DNA of 64,000 bases. Source: Escherichia coli. GTDB taxonomy: Bacteria; Pseudomonadota; Gammaproteobacteria; Enterobacterales; Enterobacteriaceae. Shown piece after piece: positions 38,057 through 49,429 of the stretch. Numbering within the stretch: the first letter of the stretch is position 1; the number at the start of each line of letters is the position of its first letter. The DNA is taken from the NCBI RefSeq assembly GCF_044324875.1, contig NZ_CP172185.1; one strand, given 5' to 3'. The translations under genes and the position numbers were made by a program. The notes below the pieces were generated by a model. That model did not search any database. It saw only the letters and a program-made list of their open reading frames with translations, and was not told where the DNA came from.

Positions 38057-39265
38057 TTACTTGTTTTTCATTGCTAATAATAAGCCGGCGTAAACGCCTA
38101 ATAAATTTGGTTCAATTTGTTCTACGTTTCCACGGATAACAAAATAACCTATAAAAGATAGTAAGATTATATAATATGCATTATATGGTGAGCGGTTTTT
38201 ATTCTGGACGCCATTTTTTATACACTCTTTCAATATTGCGCAGTATAGCATCATAAGACTTATCAGCCCTAATAAACCAGTGCCAAACCAGATGAATAGC
38301 GCAAAATTATGTGGCCCTATCGATTGTCTAAAGGTCCATTCTGGATAATCAACGACACGTTTATTATAGACATCTTTATATGCAACGTTACCGTAACCGT
38401 AACCAATAACAGGATTTTCTAATATTAGATCGAGTGCGCTGCCTTGAGTACCATTTGCATAGCGATAAGAACTATTAGTTTGTTGAAGTTTATACGTTAG
38501 ATTTGCGGTCATCTCCTTATGTGTGAAAATAACCGATAATGCAATGATGGAAACCATTACTCCTACTAATAGTAACTTCCATTGTTTAAACATCAGAATC
38601 CATATTAATCCAATGACTAACACGGAAAGCCAGGCTCCTCTGGATAAAGTTCCTAATATCAGAAAAATAAAAATAACGCTTAGAACCGCAAAAGAAATGC
38701 GGTATTTTGCTGATTTGATAAGCCAGAGATTTAACAATGCAGGAAATAAAAAGACCATCGAGTCAGAAATGCTACGGTGTCTATAATCTGCAAATGGCAT
38801 TACCCCTTGTTGATAGTCCTTATAATAGGCAATCAATTCAGAAAAACAACGTAAGCCCAACGCACTTATAAATGAGAAGAAAACGATTTTTTCGACATCT
38901 TCTCTTTTCTCGTCTCTCAATATGACCGGTATTGCTATTGTGCATAGTAAAGTATTTTCAATGATAGCTTTGAAAATTTCCTTCATGCTAGCACCTGCAT
39001 CTGGGGATTGAAGAAGTGATAGCAATGCAGCAATAGTTAATATGGCAACACTACCAAAAAGACATGTTTTAAATAGTGAAAGATAGTGTTTTGGCCGTTT
39101 GCAGAGATAGACGATTGTCGTTATTGTCATAAGAATAACAATAAGATGTTTATACCTTGTAATCCCACCCAAAAAATAGGTGGTAATGAATAAGAATACG
39201 AGAGCTCTGTTCCAGTACGCTATCCAGTTTTTTTTCTCGAGAGAGAAAAATAATGTTGAGGTCAT
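38057..39265 (-). CDS. waaL: O-antigen ligase
   Basis: 402-aa multi-pass membrane ORF downstream of waaC; start overlaps waaC stop (ATGA). Confidence 0.75.
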   Translation of the reverse strand: MTSTLFFSLEKKNWIAYWNRALVFLFITTYFLGGITRYKHLIVILMTITTIVYLCKRPKHYLSLFKTCLFGSVAILTIAALLSLLQSPDAGASMKEIFKAIIENTLLCTIAIPVILRDEKREDVEKIVFFSFISALGLRCFSELIAYYKDYQQGVMPFADYRHRSISDSMVFLFPALLNLWLIKSAKYRISFAVLSVIFIFLILGTLSRGAWLSVLVIGLIWILMFKQWKLLLVGVMVSIIALSVIFTHKEMTANLTYKLQQTNSSYRYANGTQGSALDLILENPVIGYGYGNVAYKDVYNKRVVDYPEWTFRQSIGPHNFALFIWFGTGLLGLISLMMLYCAILKECIKNGVQNKNRSPYNAYYIILLSFIGYFVIRGNVEQIEPNLLGVYAGLLLAMKNK

Positions 39266-40254
39266 CTTATCTCCGATGTCAACTTATTGGTTATTATTTC
39301 AAGATTTAAATTTTGAAAAACGGTTTGAGCTGGCAAATCTGCAAGAGACATACTTGTAGAACGACACTCTACTTGATTCTTCCCATACCCGCCAATTAAT
39401 CCCGGATCGGTAGGTCCATAAACCGTGATATTGGGTCTATCCAGTGCCGCCGTTAAATGGCTTAACCCCGTATCCACCGACACTACAAATTTAGCCCCGG
39501 CCAGCACGCGGGCAACGCCTTCCAGACTCATCTTCGGCAATACTTCAACATAAGCAAATCCTTCCGCCAGTCGTTTCGCCCGTTCTTCCTCATGCGGCGC
39601 GCCCCACGGAAGTTTAATCCGTATTCCTGAATCTGCCAGTAAACCAATCAAATCTCGCCAGTGTTCTTCCGGCCAGTGTTTATCATCACGGGTCGTCGCA
39701 TGAAGAAATACGGCATATTCGCCAGCATCTGTAGGCAGGTTCGTCAGGAAATGCTGTGCAATAGCATAATCGCCCTGGGTTTGCGGTTTGCTATAGCCCA
39801 GACTTTTGGCAAACAGTTCGCGGGTGCGTTCTACGGCGTGCTGCTGTTTCGCAATATGATGCTTACGATTGTAAAACAAGCTTGCCAGTGGTTCGCGAGC
39901 GGTTTGCCAGTCCATTCCATGCTTTACGCCATGTGCCAGACGCGTCACCAGCGCCGCGCTTTTTACCAGCCCCTGAGCGTCGATAACTGCGTCATAGTTC
40001 TCTGCTTGTAGCGCTTCACGAAACGCTTTCCGTTCAGCTTTTATGGGGGCCGAGAACCAGGCTTTACGCCAGCGACGTATTGCCACAGGAATAACTCGCT
40101 CAACAGCGGCGTGCCAGGAAGGAATTTGTGCGAACCCTTCTTCCACCACCCAGTCAAACTTAATCCCTGGGATTGCCTGCTGGGCATCAGTGAGTGCGGG
40201 CAACGTATGGAGAACATCGCCCATCGACGATGTTTTAACGATCAAAACCCGCAT
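39262..40254 (-). CDS. waaC: LPS heptosyltransferase I
   Basis: MRVLIVKTSSMGDVLHTLPALTDA N-terminus; GT9. Confidence 0.85.
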   Translation of the reverse strand: MRVLIVKTSSMGDVLHTLPALTDAQQAIPGIKFDWVVEEGFAQIPSWHAAVERVIPVAIRRWRKAWFSAPIKAERKAFREALQAENYDAVIDAQGLVKSAALVTRLAHGVKHGMDWQTAREPLASLFYNRKHHIAKQQHAVERTRELFAKSLGYSKPQTQGDYAIAQHFLTNLPTDAGEYAVFLHATTRDDKHWPEEHWRDLIGLLADSGIRIKLPWGAPHEEERAKRLAEGFAYVEVLPKMSLEGVARVLAGAKFVVSVDTGLSHLTAALDRPNITVYGPTDPGLIGGYGKNQVECRSTSMSLADLPAQTVFQNLNLEIITNKLTSEIR

Positions 40255-40257
40255 CCG

Positions 40258-41304
40258 TCAGGCTTCCTCTTGTAACAATAGCGCGTTGAGTTCTTCCAGT
40301 GCGCGCTGGGGAGTAATGTCGATCAAGCTCTGGTGATAACCCTCCGCAGCGTCACCTTTACGCACTTTGTGATAGCCGGTAATCAGGCGGATCACGCGTG
40401 CTTTATGGGATAGCGGCGGTGTGAAGTCCGGGCTACTCGGACCATACAGGGCAACCAGCGGACGATTGAGCGCCGCCGCAACGTGCATCAGGCCAGAATC
40501 GTTAGTGACAATGGCTTTACAGGCTGCAATCAGGATAACCGCTTGATCAAGCTGTGTTTCCCCCGCCAGGTTCCGGCACCATGCCTGCTGCTCGGTATTC
40601 AAAGCGGCAAGAATCTCATTGCCCGCTTCATGATCTTTCGCCGAGCCAAACAGAACCACCTGATAACCTTCATCAATCAGCTGCTTTGCCAGTTCCGCAT
40701 AGTGGTAGTGTGGCCAGCGTTTTGCCGGACCAAACTCCGCACCCGGGCAAAAGCCAATCATCGGACGTTCTGATGAAAGCGAAAATTGATTACAGGTATA
40801 TGATTTTTCACCTTCGCTCACCTGCAACTGCGGCCATAACAATGGCTGCGGCAGATCTTGTGCTGTACGCATAATGCCTTTGTCATAGGCCAGCGCGACA
40901 TAGCGTTCCACCATTAGCGGCCAGGCTTCTTTATCGAGCACGCGTACATCGTTAAGTAAACCGTAGCGCATCTCGCCGCGCCAGCCGGTGCGATGAGGAA
41001 TACCCGCGAAGAAAGGCACTAATGCGGACTTGAAGGAGTTGGGTAAGACGTAGGCGCGGTCGTAGCGCTTTTCACGCAGACTATGACCCAGTTTGCGGCG
41101 TTCGCCGATTTCCAGCGCTCCGTGACCGAGAGGCATAGGGATAGCTTCGTTAACTTCCGGCATCCGCGATAATAATGGACGGCACCATGCCGGTGCCATC
41201 ACGTCGATTATCGCCTGGGGATAGCGCGCCTGGAGCGTGCGATAGAGACTTTGCGACATCATCATGTCGCCAACCCAAGACGGGCCGATCACCAGTATTT
41301 TCAT
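40258..41304 (-). CDS. waaF: LPS heptosyltransferase II
   Basis: 348-aa ORF MKILVIGPSWVGDMMMSQSLYRTL. Confidence 0.9.
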   Translation of the reverse strand: MKILVIGPSWVGDMMMSQSLYRTLQARYPQAIIDVMAPAWCRPLLSRMPEVNEAIPMPLGHGALEIGERRKLGHSLREKRYDRAYVLPNSFKSALVPFFAGIPHRTGWRGEMRYGLLNDVRVLDKEAWPLMVERYVALAYDKGIMRTAQDLPQPLLWPQLQVSEGEKSYTCNQFSLSSERPMIGFCPGAEFGPAKRWPHYHYAELAKQLIDEGYQVVLFGSAKDHEAGNEILAALNTEQQAWCRNLAGETQLDQAVILIAACKAIVTNDSGLMHVAAALNRPLVALYGPSSPDFTPPLSHKARVIRLITGYHKVRKGDAAEGYHQSLIDITPQRALEELNALLLQEEA

Positions 41305-41313
41305 GCAGAGCTC

Positions 41314-42246
41314 TTATGCGTCGCGATTCAGCCAGGCCATGTATTCCGTTACACCTTCAGCAACGGTTTTGAACGGTTTGTCGTAACCCGCCGCGCGCAG
41401 ATTTGTCAGATCAGCCTGAGTGAACGCCTGATAGCGGCCTTTCAGTTTATCCGGGAACGGAATGTATTCGATCTGCCCTTTCTTGTGATAAGCAAGCGTA
41501 GCATCTGCTACTGCCTGGAAGGATTCTGCACGACCGGTGCCGAGGTTGAAGATACCGGAAACGCCATTTTCCAGGAACCACAGGTTTACATCTGCTACGT
41601 CGCCCACATAGACGAAGTCACGTTTGAAGTTCTCGCTACCTTCAAACAGCTTCGGTGATTCACCGTTGTTAAGCTGAGTGTTGAGATGGAAAGCGACGCT
41701 CGCCATGCTACCTTTATGGCCTTCACGCGGTCCATAAACGTTGAAATAGCGGAAGCCAACAATCTGCGAGTTCGCTTCAGGCAGGATTTGGCGAACATAT
41801 TCATCAAACAGGAATTTTGAGTAACCGTAGACATTCAACGGTTTTTCATATTCGCGGGATTCAATAAAGTCGGAGGTGCGACCGCCGTAAGTGGCTGCAG
41901 AAGAAGCGTACAGGAACGGGATTTCGCGCTCAAGGCAGTAGTGCAGCAGCTCCTTGGAGTATTGATAGTTGTTATCCATCATATATTTGCCGTCCCACTC
42001 GGTGGTGGAAGAGCACGCGCCTTCGTGGAAAATCGCTTCGACATCGCCGAACTCTTCGCCAGCCATAATCTGGATCAGGAAGTCTTCCTTATCCATATAG
42101 TCCGCGATATCCAGATCCACCAGGTTCACAAACTTGGTGCCGTCTTTCAGGTTGTCCACCACCAGAATATCGGTGATGCCTTTGTCATTCAGGGCTTTAA
42201 CGATGTTGCTGCCGATAAAGCCCGCGCCGCCGGTAACGATGATCAT
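41314..42246 (-). CDS. hldD: ADP-L-glycero-D-manno-heptose 6-epimerase
   Basis: 310-aa [23 protein letters not shown] (NAD-binding Rossmann). Confidence 0.9.
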
Positions 42247-42534
42247 AACTGTAACCTTCGAATTATGGAGTCAGAGACAATCTCAGACACGAATGTCTGT
42301 AATCATACCATCACATCCGAATCCCTTCAGCCCTTTACATAGAGATGCAAGGATGCTAATTGCAACAAACTAGTTTGGGTTTTAGCCAGTCCTTCATGGC
42401 GGATGTTGGATTTGCACGTGAATAGTGCTTTAGTATCAATATTCCGATGTATGATAAATAACTGAAACATTTGAATGGATAATATACAGTATACATTCTG
42501 TTAATATTTATGATATAATTCTTTTTTTATATTA

Positions 42535-43407
42535 ATGGTCTTATTAGTAATGAAATCATCCACCACAATTATCACTGCATATTTTGACATTGGTAGAGGG
42601 GATTGGACTGCTAATAAAGGGTTCCGTGAAAAACTAGCTCGTTCAGTTGATGTTTATTTTAGTTACTTTGAGCGTCTGGCCGCACTTGAAAATGAGATGA
42701 TTATTTTCACTTCTCCCGATTTGAAATCAAGGGTTGAAGCGATTCGCAACGGAAAACCAACAACGGTTATCGTTATCGATATAAAAAAGAAATTTAGATA
42801 TATCAGAAGTCGTATCGAAAAAATTCAAAAAGATGAGTCGTTTACAAATAGACTTGAGCCTCGACAATTAAAAAACCCAGAGTACTGGTCACCAGAGTAT
42901 GTTTTGGTATGTAACCTTAAGGCCTATTTTGTAAATAAAGCTATCAACATGGGCTTAGTGAAAACGCCTCTTGTTGCGTGGATAGATTTTGGCTATTGCC
43001 GTAAGCCAAATGTAACTCGAGGATTGAAAATTTGGGATTTCCCATTTGATGAAAATAAGATGCATCTTTTCACTATAAAAAAAGGGCTTACTGTCACATC
43101 TCAACAACAGGCTTTTGATTTCATGATTGGCAATCATGTATATATTATTGGTGGCGCAATTGTTGGTTCACAGCATAAATGGAAAGAATTCTATAAATTA
43201 GTTCTGGAAAGTCAAAAAATAACCCTAAACAATAACATTGTGGACGATGACCAGGGCATCTTTGTCATGTGCTATTACAAACGTTCCGATCTCTTCAACC
43301 TAAACTATCTGGGGAGAGGAAAATGGTTCGATTTGTTTCGCTGCTTCAGGAGTAACACTTTAGGGGCAAAAATGCAGGCGCTGAGAATTTTCCTTTCAAG
43401 AAAATAG
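42535..43407 (+). CDS. htrL: HtrL/YibB-family protein
   Basis: 290-aa AT-rich ORF divergent from hldD; alternative start possible at 42550 (MKSSTTIITAYF). Confidence 0.7.
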   Translation: MVLLVMKSSTTIITAYFDIGRGDWTANKGFREKLARSVDVYFSYFERLAALENEMIIFTSPDLKSRVEAIRNGKPTTVIVIDIKKKFRYIRSRIEKIQKDESFTNRLEPRQLKNPEYWSPEYVLVCNLKAYFVNKAINMGLVKTPLVAWIDFGYCRKPNVTRGLKIWDFPFDENKMHLFTIKKGLTVTSQQQAFDFMIGNHVYIIGGAIVGSQHKWKEFYKLVLESQKITLNNNIVDDDQGIFVMCYYKRSDLFNLNYLGRGKWFDLFRCFRSNTLGAKMQALRIFLSRK

Positions 43408-43454
43408 GTTTCCCTCCATTAGTGGGTAGCGTTTTGATGCCAACTGAGATAGGA

Positions 43455-43486
43455 AAAAATGATGCTTTGGCATCATTTTTTCTTTT
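43455..43486 (+). terminator. htrL intrinsic terminator
   Basis: ATGATGC-TTTG-GCATCAT hairpin followed by T-rich run TTTTTTCTTTTT. Confidence 0.5.
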
Positions 43487-43682
43487 TATATCAATGCAGT
43501 AAAATCACTCATCATTATGCCCAGCCAAAACTGTACAGTTTTTCTACTATCTATAGGTGTTGAGAGACATCAAGATTCACGTTATTTATCCTGAATTTTG
43601 CAGAAGTGTTAACGCGTCATCTCGTCGCAACCTATAAGTTTGGGTAATATGTGCTGGAATTTGCCCTGTCTGGAGAATCGCA

Positions 43683-44879
43683 ATGCGTGGAGAATTTTAT
43701 CAGCAGTTAACCAACGATCTGGAAACCGCACGGGCGGAAGGGTTGTTTAAAGAAGAGCGCATTATTACGTCTGCGCAGCAAGCAGATATCACTGTGGCTG
43801 ATGGAAGCCACGTCATTAACTTTTGTGCCAATAACTATCTCGGACTGGCGAATCATCCGGATCTGATTGCGGCGGCAAAGGCGGGAATGGATTCTCACGG
43901 TTTCGGCATGGCTTCGGTGCGTTTTATTTGCGGCACTCAGGACAGCCATAAAGAGCTTGAACAAAAACTGGCGGCCTTCCTGGGGATGGAAGATGCGATT
44001 CTCTACTCTTCCTGCTTTGATGCTAACGGTGGCCTGTTTGAAACGCTGTTGGGCGCGGAAGACGCCATTATCTCCGACGCACTGAACCACGCGTCTATTA
44101 TTGATGGTGTGCGTCTGTGCAAAGCTAAACGCTATCGTTATGCCAACAACGATATGCAGGAGCTGGAAGCACGTCTGAAAGAAGCGCGTGAAGCCGGTGC
44201 GCGTCATGTGCTGATTGCCACCGATGGTGTGTTCTCGATGGACGGCGTGATTGCCAATCTGAAAGGCGTTTGCGATCTGGCAGATAAATATGATGCCCTG
44301 GTGATGGTAGATGACTCCCACGCGGTAGGTTTTGTCGGTGAAAACGGTCGTGGTTCCCATGAATACTGCGATGTGATGGGCCGGGTCGATATTATCACCG
44401 GCACGCTCGGTAAAGCGCTGGGCGGGGCTTCTGGTGGTTATACCGCGGCGCGCAAAGAAGTGGTTGAGTGGCTGCGCCAGCGTTCTCGTCCGTATCTGTT
44501 CTCCAACTCGCTGGCACCGGCCATTGTTGCCGCTTCCATCAAAGTGCTGGAGATGGTTGAAGCGGGTAGCGAGCTGCGTGACCGTCTCTGGGCGAACACG
44601 CGTCAGTTCCGTGAGCAAATGTCGGCGGCGGGCTTTACCCTAGCGGGAGCCGATCACGCCATTATTCCGGTCATGCTTGGTGATGCGGTAGTAGCGCAGA
44701 AATTTGCCCGTGAGCTGCAAAAAGAGGGCATTTACGTCACCGGTTTCTTCTATCCGGTCGTTCCGAAAGGTCAGGCGCGTATTCGTACCCAGATGTCTGC
44801 GGCGCATACCCCTGAGCAAATTACGCGTGCAGTAGAAGCATTCACGCGTATTGGTAAACAACTGGGCGTTATCGCCTGA
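43683..44879 (+). CDS. kbl: 2-amino-3-ketobutyrate CoA ligase (glycine C-acetyltransferase)
   Basis: 398-aa PLP-enzyme [23 protein letters not shown]. Confidence 0.9.
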   Translation: MRGEFYQQLTNDLETARAEGLFKEERIITSAQQADITVADGSHVINFCANNYLGLANHPDLIAAAKAGMDSHGFGMASVRFICGTQDSHKELEQKLAAFLGMEDAILYSSCFDANGGLFETLLGAEDAIISDALNHASIIDGVRLCKAKRYRYANNDMQELEARLKEAREAGARHVLIATDGVFSMDGVIANLKGVCDLADKYDALVMVDDSHAVGFVGENGRGSHEYCDVMGRVDIITGTLGKALGGASGGYTAARKEVVEWLRQRSRPYLFSNSLAPAIVAASIKVLEMVEAGSELRDRLWANTRQFREQMSAAGFTLAGADHAIIPVMLGDAVVAQKFARELQKEGIYVTGFFYPVVPKGQARIRTQMSAAHTPEQITRAVEAFTRIGKQLGVIA

Positions 44880-44888
44880 GGATGTGAG

Positions 44889-45914
44889 ATGAAAGCGTTA
44901 TCCAAACTGAAAGCGGAAGAGGGCATCTGGATGACCGACGTTCCTGTACCGGAACTCGGGCATAACGATCTGCTGATTAAAATCCGTAAAACAGCCATCT
45001 GCGGGACTGACGTTCACATCTATAACTGGGATGAGTGGTCGCAAAAAACCATCCCGGTGCCGATGGTCGTGGGCCATGAATATGTCGGTGAAGTGGTAGG
45101 TATTGGTCAGGAAGTGAAAGGCTTCAAGATTGGCGATCGCGTTTCTGGCGAAGGCCATATCACCTGCGGTCACTGTCGCAACTGTCGTGGCGGTCGTACC
45201 CATCTGTGCCGCAACACGATCGGCGTCGGCGTTAACCGTCCGGGCTGCTTCGCCGAGTATCTGGTGATTCCGGCGTTCAACGCTTTCAAAATCCCTGACA
45301 ATATCTCCGATGATCTGGCTTCCATTTTTGATCCCTTCGGTAACGCCGTGCATACCGCGCTGTCGTTTGATCTGGTGGGCGAGGATGTGCTGGTCTCTGG
45401 TGCAGGCCCGATTGGTATTATGGCGGCGGCGGTGGCGAAACACGTTGGTGCACGTAACGTGGTGATTACTGATGTTAACGAATACCGCCTTGAGTTGGCG
45501 CGTAAAATGGGTGTCACCCGTGCGGTTAACGTCGCTAAAGAGAACCTCAATGATGTGATGGCAGAACTGGGCATGACCGAAGGCTTTGATGTCGGTCTGG
45601 AAATGTCCGGTGCGCCGCCAGCGTTTCGTACCATGCTCGACACCATGAACCACGGCGGTCGTATTGCGATGCTGGGTATTCCACCATCTGATATGTCTAT
45701 CGACTGGACCAAAGTGATCTTTAAAGGCTTGTTCATTAAAGGTATTTACGGTCGTGAGATGTTTGAAACCTGGTACAAGATGGCGGCGCTGATTCAGTCT
45801 GGCCTCGATCTCTCGCCGATCATTACCCATCGTTTCTCTATCGATGATTTCCAGAAGGGCTTTGACGCCATGCGTTCGGGCCAGTCCGGGAAAGTTATCC
45901 TGAGCTGGGATTAA
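44889..45914 (+). CDS. tdh: L-threonine 3-dehydrogenase
   Basis: 341-aa zinc-dependent alcohol dehydrogenase family ORF 10 nt after kbl. Confidence 0.9.
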   Translation: MKALSKLKAEEGIWMTDVPVPELGHNDLLIKIRKTAICGTDVHIYNWDEWSQKTIPVPMVVGHEYVGEVVGIGQEVKGFKIGDRVSGEGHITCGHCRNCRGGRTHLCRNTIGVGVNRPGCFAEYLVIPAFNAFKIPDNISDDLASIFDPFGNAVHTALSFDLVGEDVLVSGAGPIGIMAAAVAKHVGARNVVITDVNEYRLELARKMGVTRAVNVAKENLNDVMAELGMTEGFDVGLEMSGAPPAFRTMLDTMNHGGRIAMLGIPPSDMSIDWTKVIFKGLFIKGIYGREMFETWYKMAALIQSGLDLSPIITHRFSIDDFQKGFDAMRSGQSGKVILSWD

Positions 45915-45923
45915 CACAAACAA

Positions 45924-45946
45924 GGGCTGGTATTCCAGCCCTTTTT
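45924..45946 (+). terminator. kbl-tdh operon intrinsic terminator
   Basis: GGGCTGG-TATT-CCAGCCC hairpin followed by TTTTT. Confidence 0.6.
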
Positions 45947-46152
45947 CCTGAGGATAATCCGTTAAATATGTAAAATCCTGTCAGTGTAATAAAGAGTTCG
46001 TAATTGCGCTGATCTCTTATATAGCTGTTCTCATTATCTCTCTACCCTGAAGTGACTCTCTCACCTGTAAAAATAATATCTCACAGGCTTAATAGTTTCT
46101 TAATACCAAGCCTGTAAAACGTCAGGATAACTTCAGAGGTTGTCGGTAATTT

Positions 46153-47187
46153 ATGATGAACAGCACCAATAAACTTAGTGTTATTATCCCGTTATATAAT
46201 GCGGGTGATGATTTCCGCACTTGTATGGAATCTTTAATTACGCAAACCTGGACTGCTCTGGAAATCATTATTATTAACGATGGTTCAACGGATAATTCTG
46301 TTGAAATAGCAAAGCATTACGCAGAAAACTATCCGCACGTTCGTTTGTTGCATCAGGCGAATGCTGGCGCATCGGTGGCGCGTAATCGTGGGATCGAGGT
46401 GGCGACGGGCAAATATGTCGCTTTTGTCGATGCTGATGATGAGGTGTATCCCACCATGTACGAAACGCTGATGACCATGGCGTTAGAGGACGACCTCGAC
46501 GTGGCGCAGTGCAACGCTGACTGGTGTTTTCGTGAAACGGGAGAAACCTGGCAATCCATCCCCACCGATCGCCTTCGCTCAACCGGCGTATTAACCGGCC
46601 CGGATTGGTTGCGGATGGGGCTTTCTTCCCGCCGTTGGACTCACGTTGTCTGGATGGGGGTTTATCGCCGCGATGTTATTGTTAAAAATAACATTAAATT
46701 TATTGCCGGATTACATCATCAGGATATTGTCTGGACAACAGAATTTATGTTTAATGCGCTGCGTGCGCGATATACCGAGCAATCGTTATATAAATATTAT
46801 CTGCATAATACGTCAGTGAGTCGGTTGAATAGACAAGGGAATAAAAACCTTAATTATCAACGTCACTATATTAAGATTACCCGCCTGCTAGAGAAATTAA
46901 ATCGAAATTATGCCGACAAAATTACGATTTATCCGGAATTTCATCAGCAAATAACTTACGAAGCATTGCGTGTTTGCCATGCGGTGCGCAAAGAGCCGGA
47001 TATTATTACCCGCCAACGGATGATTGCCGAGATATTTACTTCCGGTATGTATAAGCGCCTGATTACCAATGTGCGCAGCGTGAAGGTGGGTTATCAGGCG
47101 TTACTGTGGTCTTTCCGCTTATGGCAATGGCGCGACAAAACGCGGTCGCACCATCGCATTACGCGTAGCGCCTTTAATTTGCGCTAG
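46153..47187 (+). CDS. waaH: GT2-family glycosyltransferase WaaH (YibD)
   Basis: 344-aa ORF with N-terminal GT2 signature (LSVIIPLYNAG...DDE). Confidence 0.75.
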   Translation: MMNSTNKLSVIIPLYNAGDDFRTCMESLITQTWTALEIIIINDGSTDNSVEIAKHYAENYPHVRLLHQANAGASVARNRGIEVATGKYVAFVDADDEVYPTMYETLMTMALEDDLDVAQCNADWCFRETGETWQSIPTDRLRSTGVLTGPDWLRMGLSSRRWTHVVWMGVYRRDVIVKNNIKFIAGLHHQDIVWTTEFMFNALRARYTEQSLYKYYLHNTSVSRLNRQGNKNLNYQRHYIKITRLLEKLNRNYADKITIYPEFHQQITYEALRVCHAVRKEPDIITRQRMIAEIFTSGMYKRLITNVRSVKVGYQALLWSFRLWQWRDKTRSHHRITRSAFNLR

Positions 47188-48133
47188 CGTTAAGTTTTGC
47201 CGCTTCAGGCTGTTTGCCCCAGCCTTGCCACTGATGCTGGAAGTAAACGATCAGCGTGCTCTGGCTGATGCTTTCGCTTAATACTTCAAAGAAGCGATTA
47301 GCATAAACAGGTTCTATCGGTTTCTTCGGTTTGCACAGCTTCACGCCACGGAACGGATTACGCGGTGTGTCAGGCACAGTGTTTTTCGGCGGTGTAGACG
47401 TATCAACCTGCGGTTCATTCAGCAAGCTGCTGGCTTTCACCAGCGTAATGTCTGGCGGCAGGTTATAAACCATCTGTTGTAGCACGCGTACCGTTGAAGG
47501 GTGAGGATGCCCAATGGCAATGGTTGAACCGTTGCGACGCGCCAGATCAATTGCGCGATTGAACTGCACACGGATGTCCGCTTCATTTTGCGAATCGTCG
47601 AGGAACACTTTCCGTTTGATCACCTTCACGCCAGTGCCTTGCGCTGCGCGCATCGCCTGGGTATTACCGATGGTTACGCTGTCGAGGAAGTAAAGATTGT
47701 AACGCTCCAGCGCCTGCATCACTTTCTGCATACCAAACAGGTTAGAGGTCATCTTGCTGCCCATGTGGTTGTTGATCCCCACGGCATAGGGCACGTTATT
47801 GACCGCACTACGAATAATGCGCTCAATTTCGTCGCTGCTCATCTCCGGGCGTAGCGTATTTTTCTCCAGCGGCTGTTTACTCAGTGGTGCCATCGGTAGA
47901 TGAATCAACACTTCGTGACCGCTGTTATGCGCTTTGGTCGCCATCTCTCTGGCGTGCGGTGAATCGGGTAATACAGCGACGGAGATAGCGGAAGGCATCG
48001 CCAGCACCTGGTTTTCGTTGTGCGGGCGATACCCAAAATCATCAATGACGATGGCAAGTTTGCCAGCAATTACGGGGGAGGAGAGCGCCAACAGAGCGGC
48101 AAATGCAAGAACGTTACGACGAAATGGAAACAA
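47174..48133 (-). CDS. yibQ: divergent polysaccharide deacetylase family protein YibQ
   Basis: 319-aa ORF with signal peptide, upstream of waaH 3' end (convergent overlap 14 nt). Confidence 0.8.
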   Translation of the reverse strand: MFPFRRNVLAFAALLALSSPVIAGKLAIVIDDFGYRPHNENQVLAMPSAISVAVLPDSPHAREMATKAHNSGHEVLIHLPMAPLSKQPLEKNTLRPEMSSDEIERIIRSAVNNVPYAVGINNHMGSKMTSNLFGMQKVMQALERYNLYFLDSVTIGNTQAMRAAQGTGVKVIKRKVFLDDSQNEADIRVQFNRAIDLARRNGSTIAIGHPHPSTVRVLQQMVYNLPPDITLVKASSLLNEPQVDTSTPPKNTVPDTPRNPFRGVKLCKPKKPIEPVYANRFFEVLSESISQSTLIVYFQHQWQGWGKQPEAAKLNASAN

Positions 48134-48136
48134 AAC

Positions 48137-49396
48137 TTATCTTCCCAACCACGGCTGTGGATTGACCGCCTGACCCTGGCGGCGAATTTCGAAATAGAGT
48201 GAAGGCCGACCCTGACCGCCACTGCTGCCCACCAGTGCAATCGGCTGGCCCGCGCGAACCTGCGAACCAACGCTCACCAGTGCGCTCTGATTATAGCCGT
48301 AAAGACTCATGTCGCCTTTACCATGCTCAACCACCACCACCAGACCGTAGCCTTGCAGCCAGTCAGCCAGAATCACCCGACCGTCGGCAATGGCTTTAAC
48401 TTCAGTACCTTCAGAGGCACCGATAACCATTCCTTTCCAGCGTAATTCACCCTGTAGCTGCTCGCCATAGCGATGTAGCGTCGGCCCGCGAACCGGCCAG
48501 AATGCCTGACCACGCGGCGCGCCCAGGCCACCAGTTCGGGACATCAGCGATTTTTCGCTTTCGGTCGGTTTGTAGGTGGTGCCTTTGCGCGTCGCTTCTT
48601 TCTGGCGGTCGCGAACCGCCTGGGCCTCACGCGCTTCTCGTTCAGCACGCGCTTTCGCCGCGGCTTCCGCACGGGCAATGCTGTTACGCAGACGGGATTC
48701 GTTGGCACGCAGTTCACTTAGCTGCTGCTGACCTTGCTGGATGGAAGATTCCAGCCCCGCCAGCGTCTTTTTACGCTCGTTCAGCGCCTGGGTCAGCTTC
48801 GCCTGTTGGGCGCGCTGTTCATATAACAGCGTTTGTTGCTCGCTCTGTTTCTCTTCCAGTTCAGCACGCTGCATGGCGACTTCTTCACGCGTTTGCTTCA
48901 ACTGGGCAATGGTTTCTTGTCGCGCCTGGTTGAGATAGCCGAAATAAGCCTGTAAACGCTGTCCACGCTGGCTTTCTTCACCGCTGAGAATCAGCTGAAT
49001 ACCGGTATGCTCGCCCTGACGGAATGCGGCATCCAGTTGTGCGGCGAGGCTGCGCTCCTGGGCGGCTTTTTGCTGCTCCAGTTTGGCAATCGACGCGTTC
49101 ATCTCATCAATCTGTTTATTCAGTTGATTGAGAGTGTTTTGCGTTTCGCGCAGCTTACGGGTGGCTTCCGAGATCGCTTCTTCCTGCTTTTTCAACTGAG
49201 CAAGCAGGCTGGAGCGTTGTTGTTGCTTTTGGCGTACCGCGCGCTCTTTCGCGGCGATATCGGCCTGAATAGATTTGAGTTGGTCACGCTCATCCGCGTG
49301 GGCGGAAAAGGCGCACAACAATACGCCAGCGCTAAGAACGCTGGCGTAGATGATGGGCCTGATTGTAAACCTGCGCGGTTTCACGGCCCGTGTCAT
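48137..49396 (-). CDS. envC: murein hydrolase activator EnvC
   Basis: ORF track 48137-49420; start at MTRAVKPRRF; coiled-coil region plus C-terminal LytM (M23-like) domain. Confidence 0.85.
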   Translation of the reverse strand: MTRAVKPRRFTIRPIIYASVLSAGVLLCAFSAHADERDQLKSIQADIAAKERAVRQKQQQRSSLLAQLKKQEEAISEATRKLRETQNTLNQLNKQIDEMNASIAKLEQQKAAQERSLAAQLDAAFRQGEHTGIQLILSGEESQRGQRLQAYFGYLNQARQETIAQLKQTREEVAMQRAELEEKQSEQQTLLYEQRAQQAKLTQALNERKKTLAGLESSIQQGQQQLSELRANESRLRNSIARAEAAAKARAEREAREAQAVRDRQKEATRKGTTYKPTESEKSLMSRTGGLGAPRGQAFWPVRGPTLHRYGEQLQGELRWKGMVIGASEGTEVKAIADGRVILADWLQGYGLVVVVEHGKGDMSLYGYNQSALVSVGSQVRAGQPIALVGSSGGQGRPSLYFEIRRQGQAVNPQPWLGR

Positions 49397-49429
49397 GGTA
49401 TTAATCGCCTTTCCCCTCATGGGGAGGGA

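Noticed and set aside
43707-45923. 303-aa and 341-aa minus-strand ORFs
   Set aside because: Antisense to kbl and tdh respectively; both sense genes are unambiguous
45978-45984. Possible Pho box upstream of waaH (yibD)
   Set aside because: Only a single CTGTCAG half-site found; no convincing second 7-bp repeat at the expected 11-bp spacing, so a PhoB site cannot be supported from sequence alone
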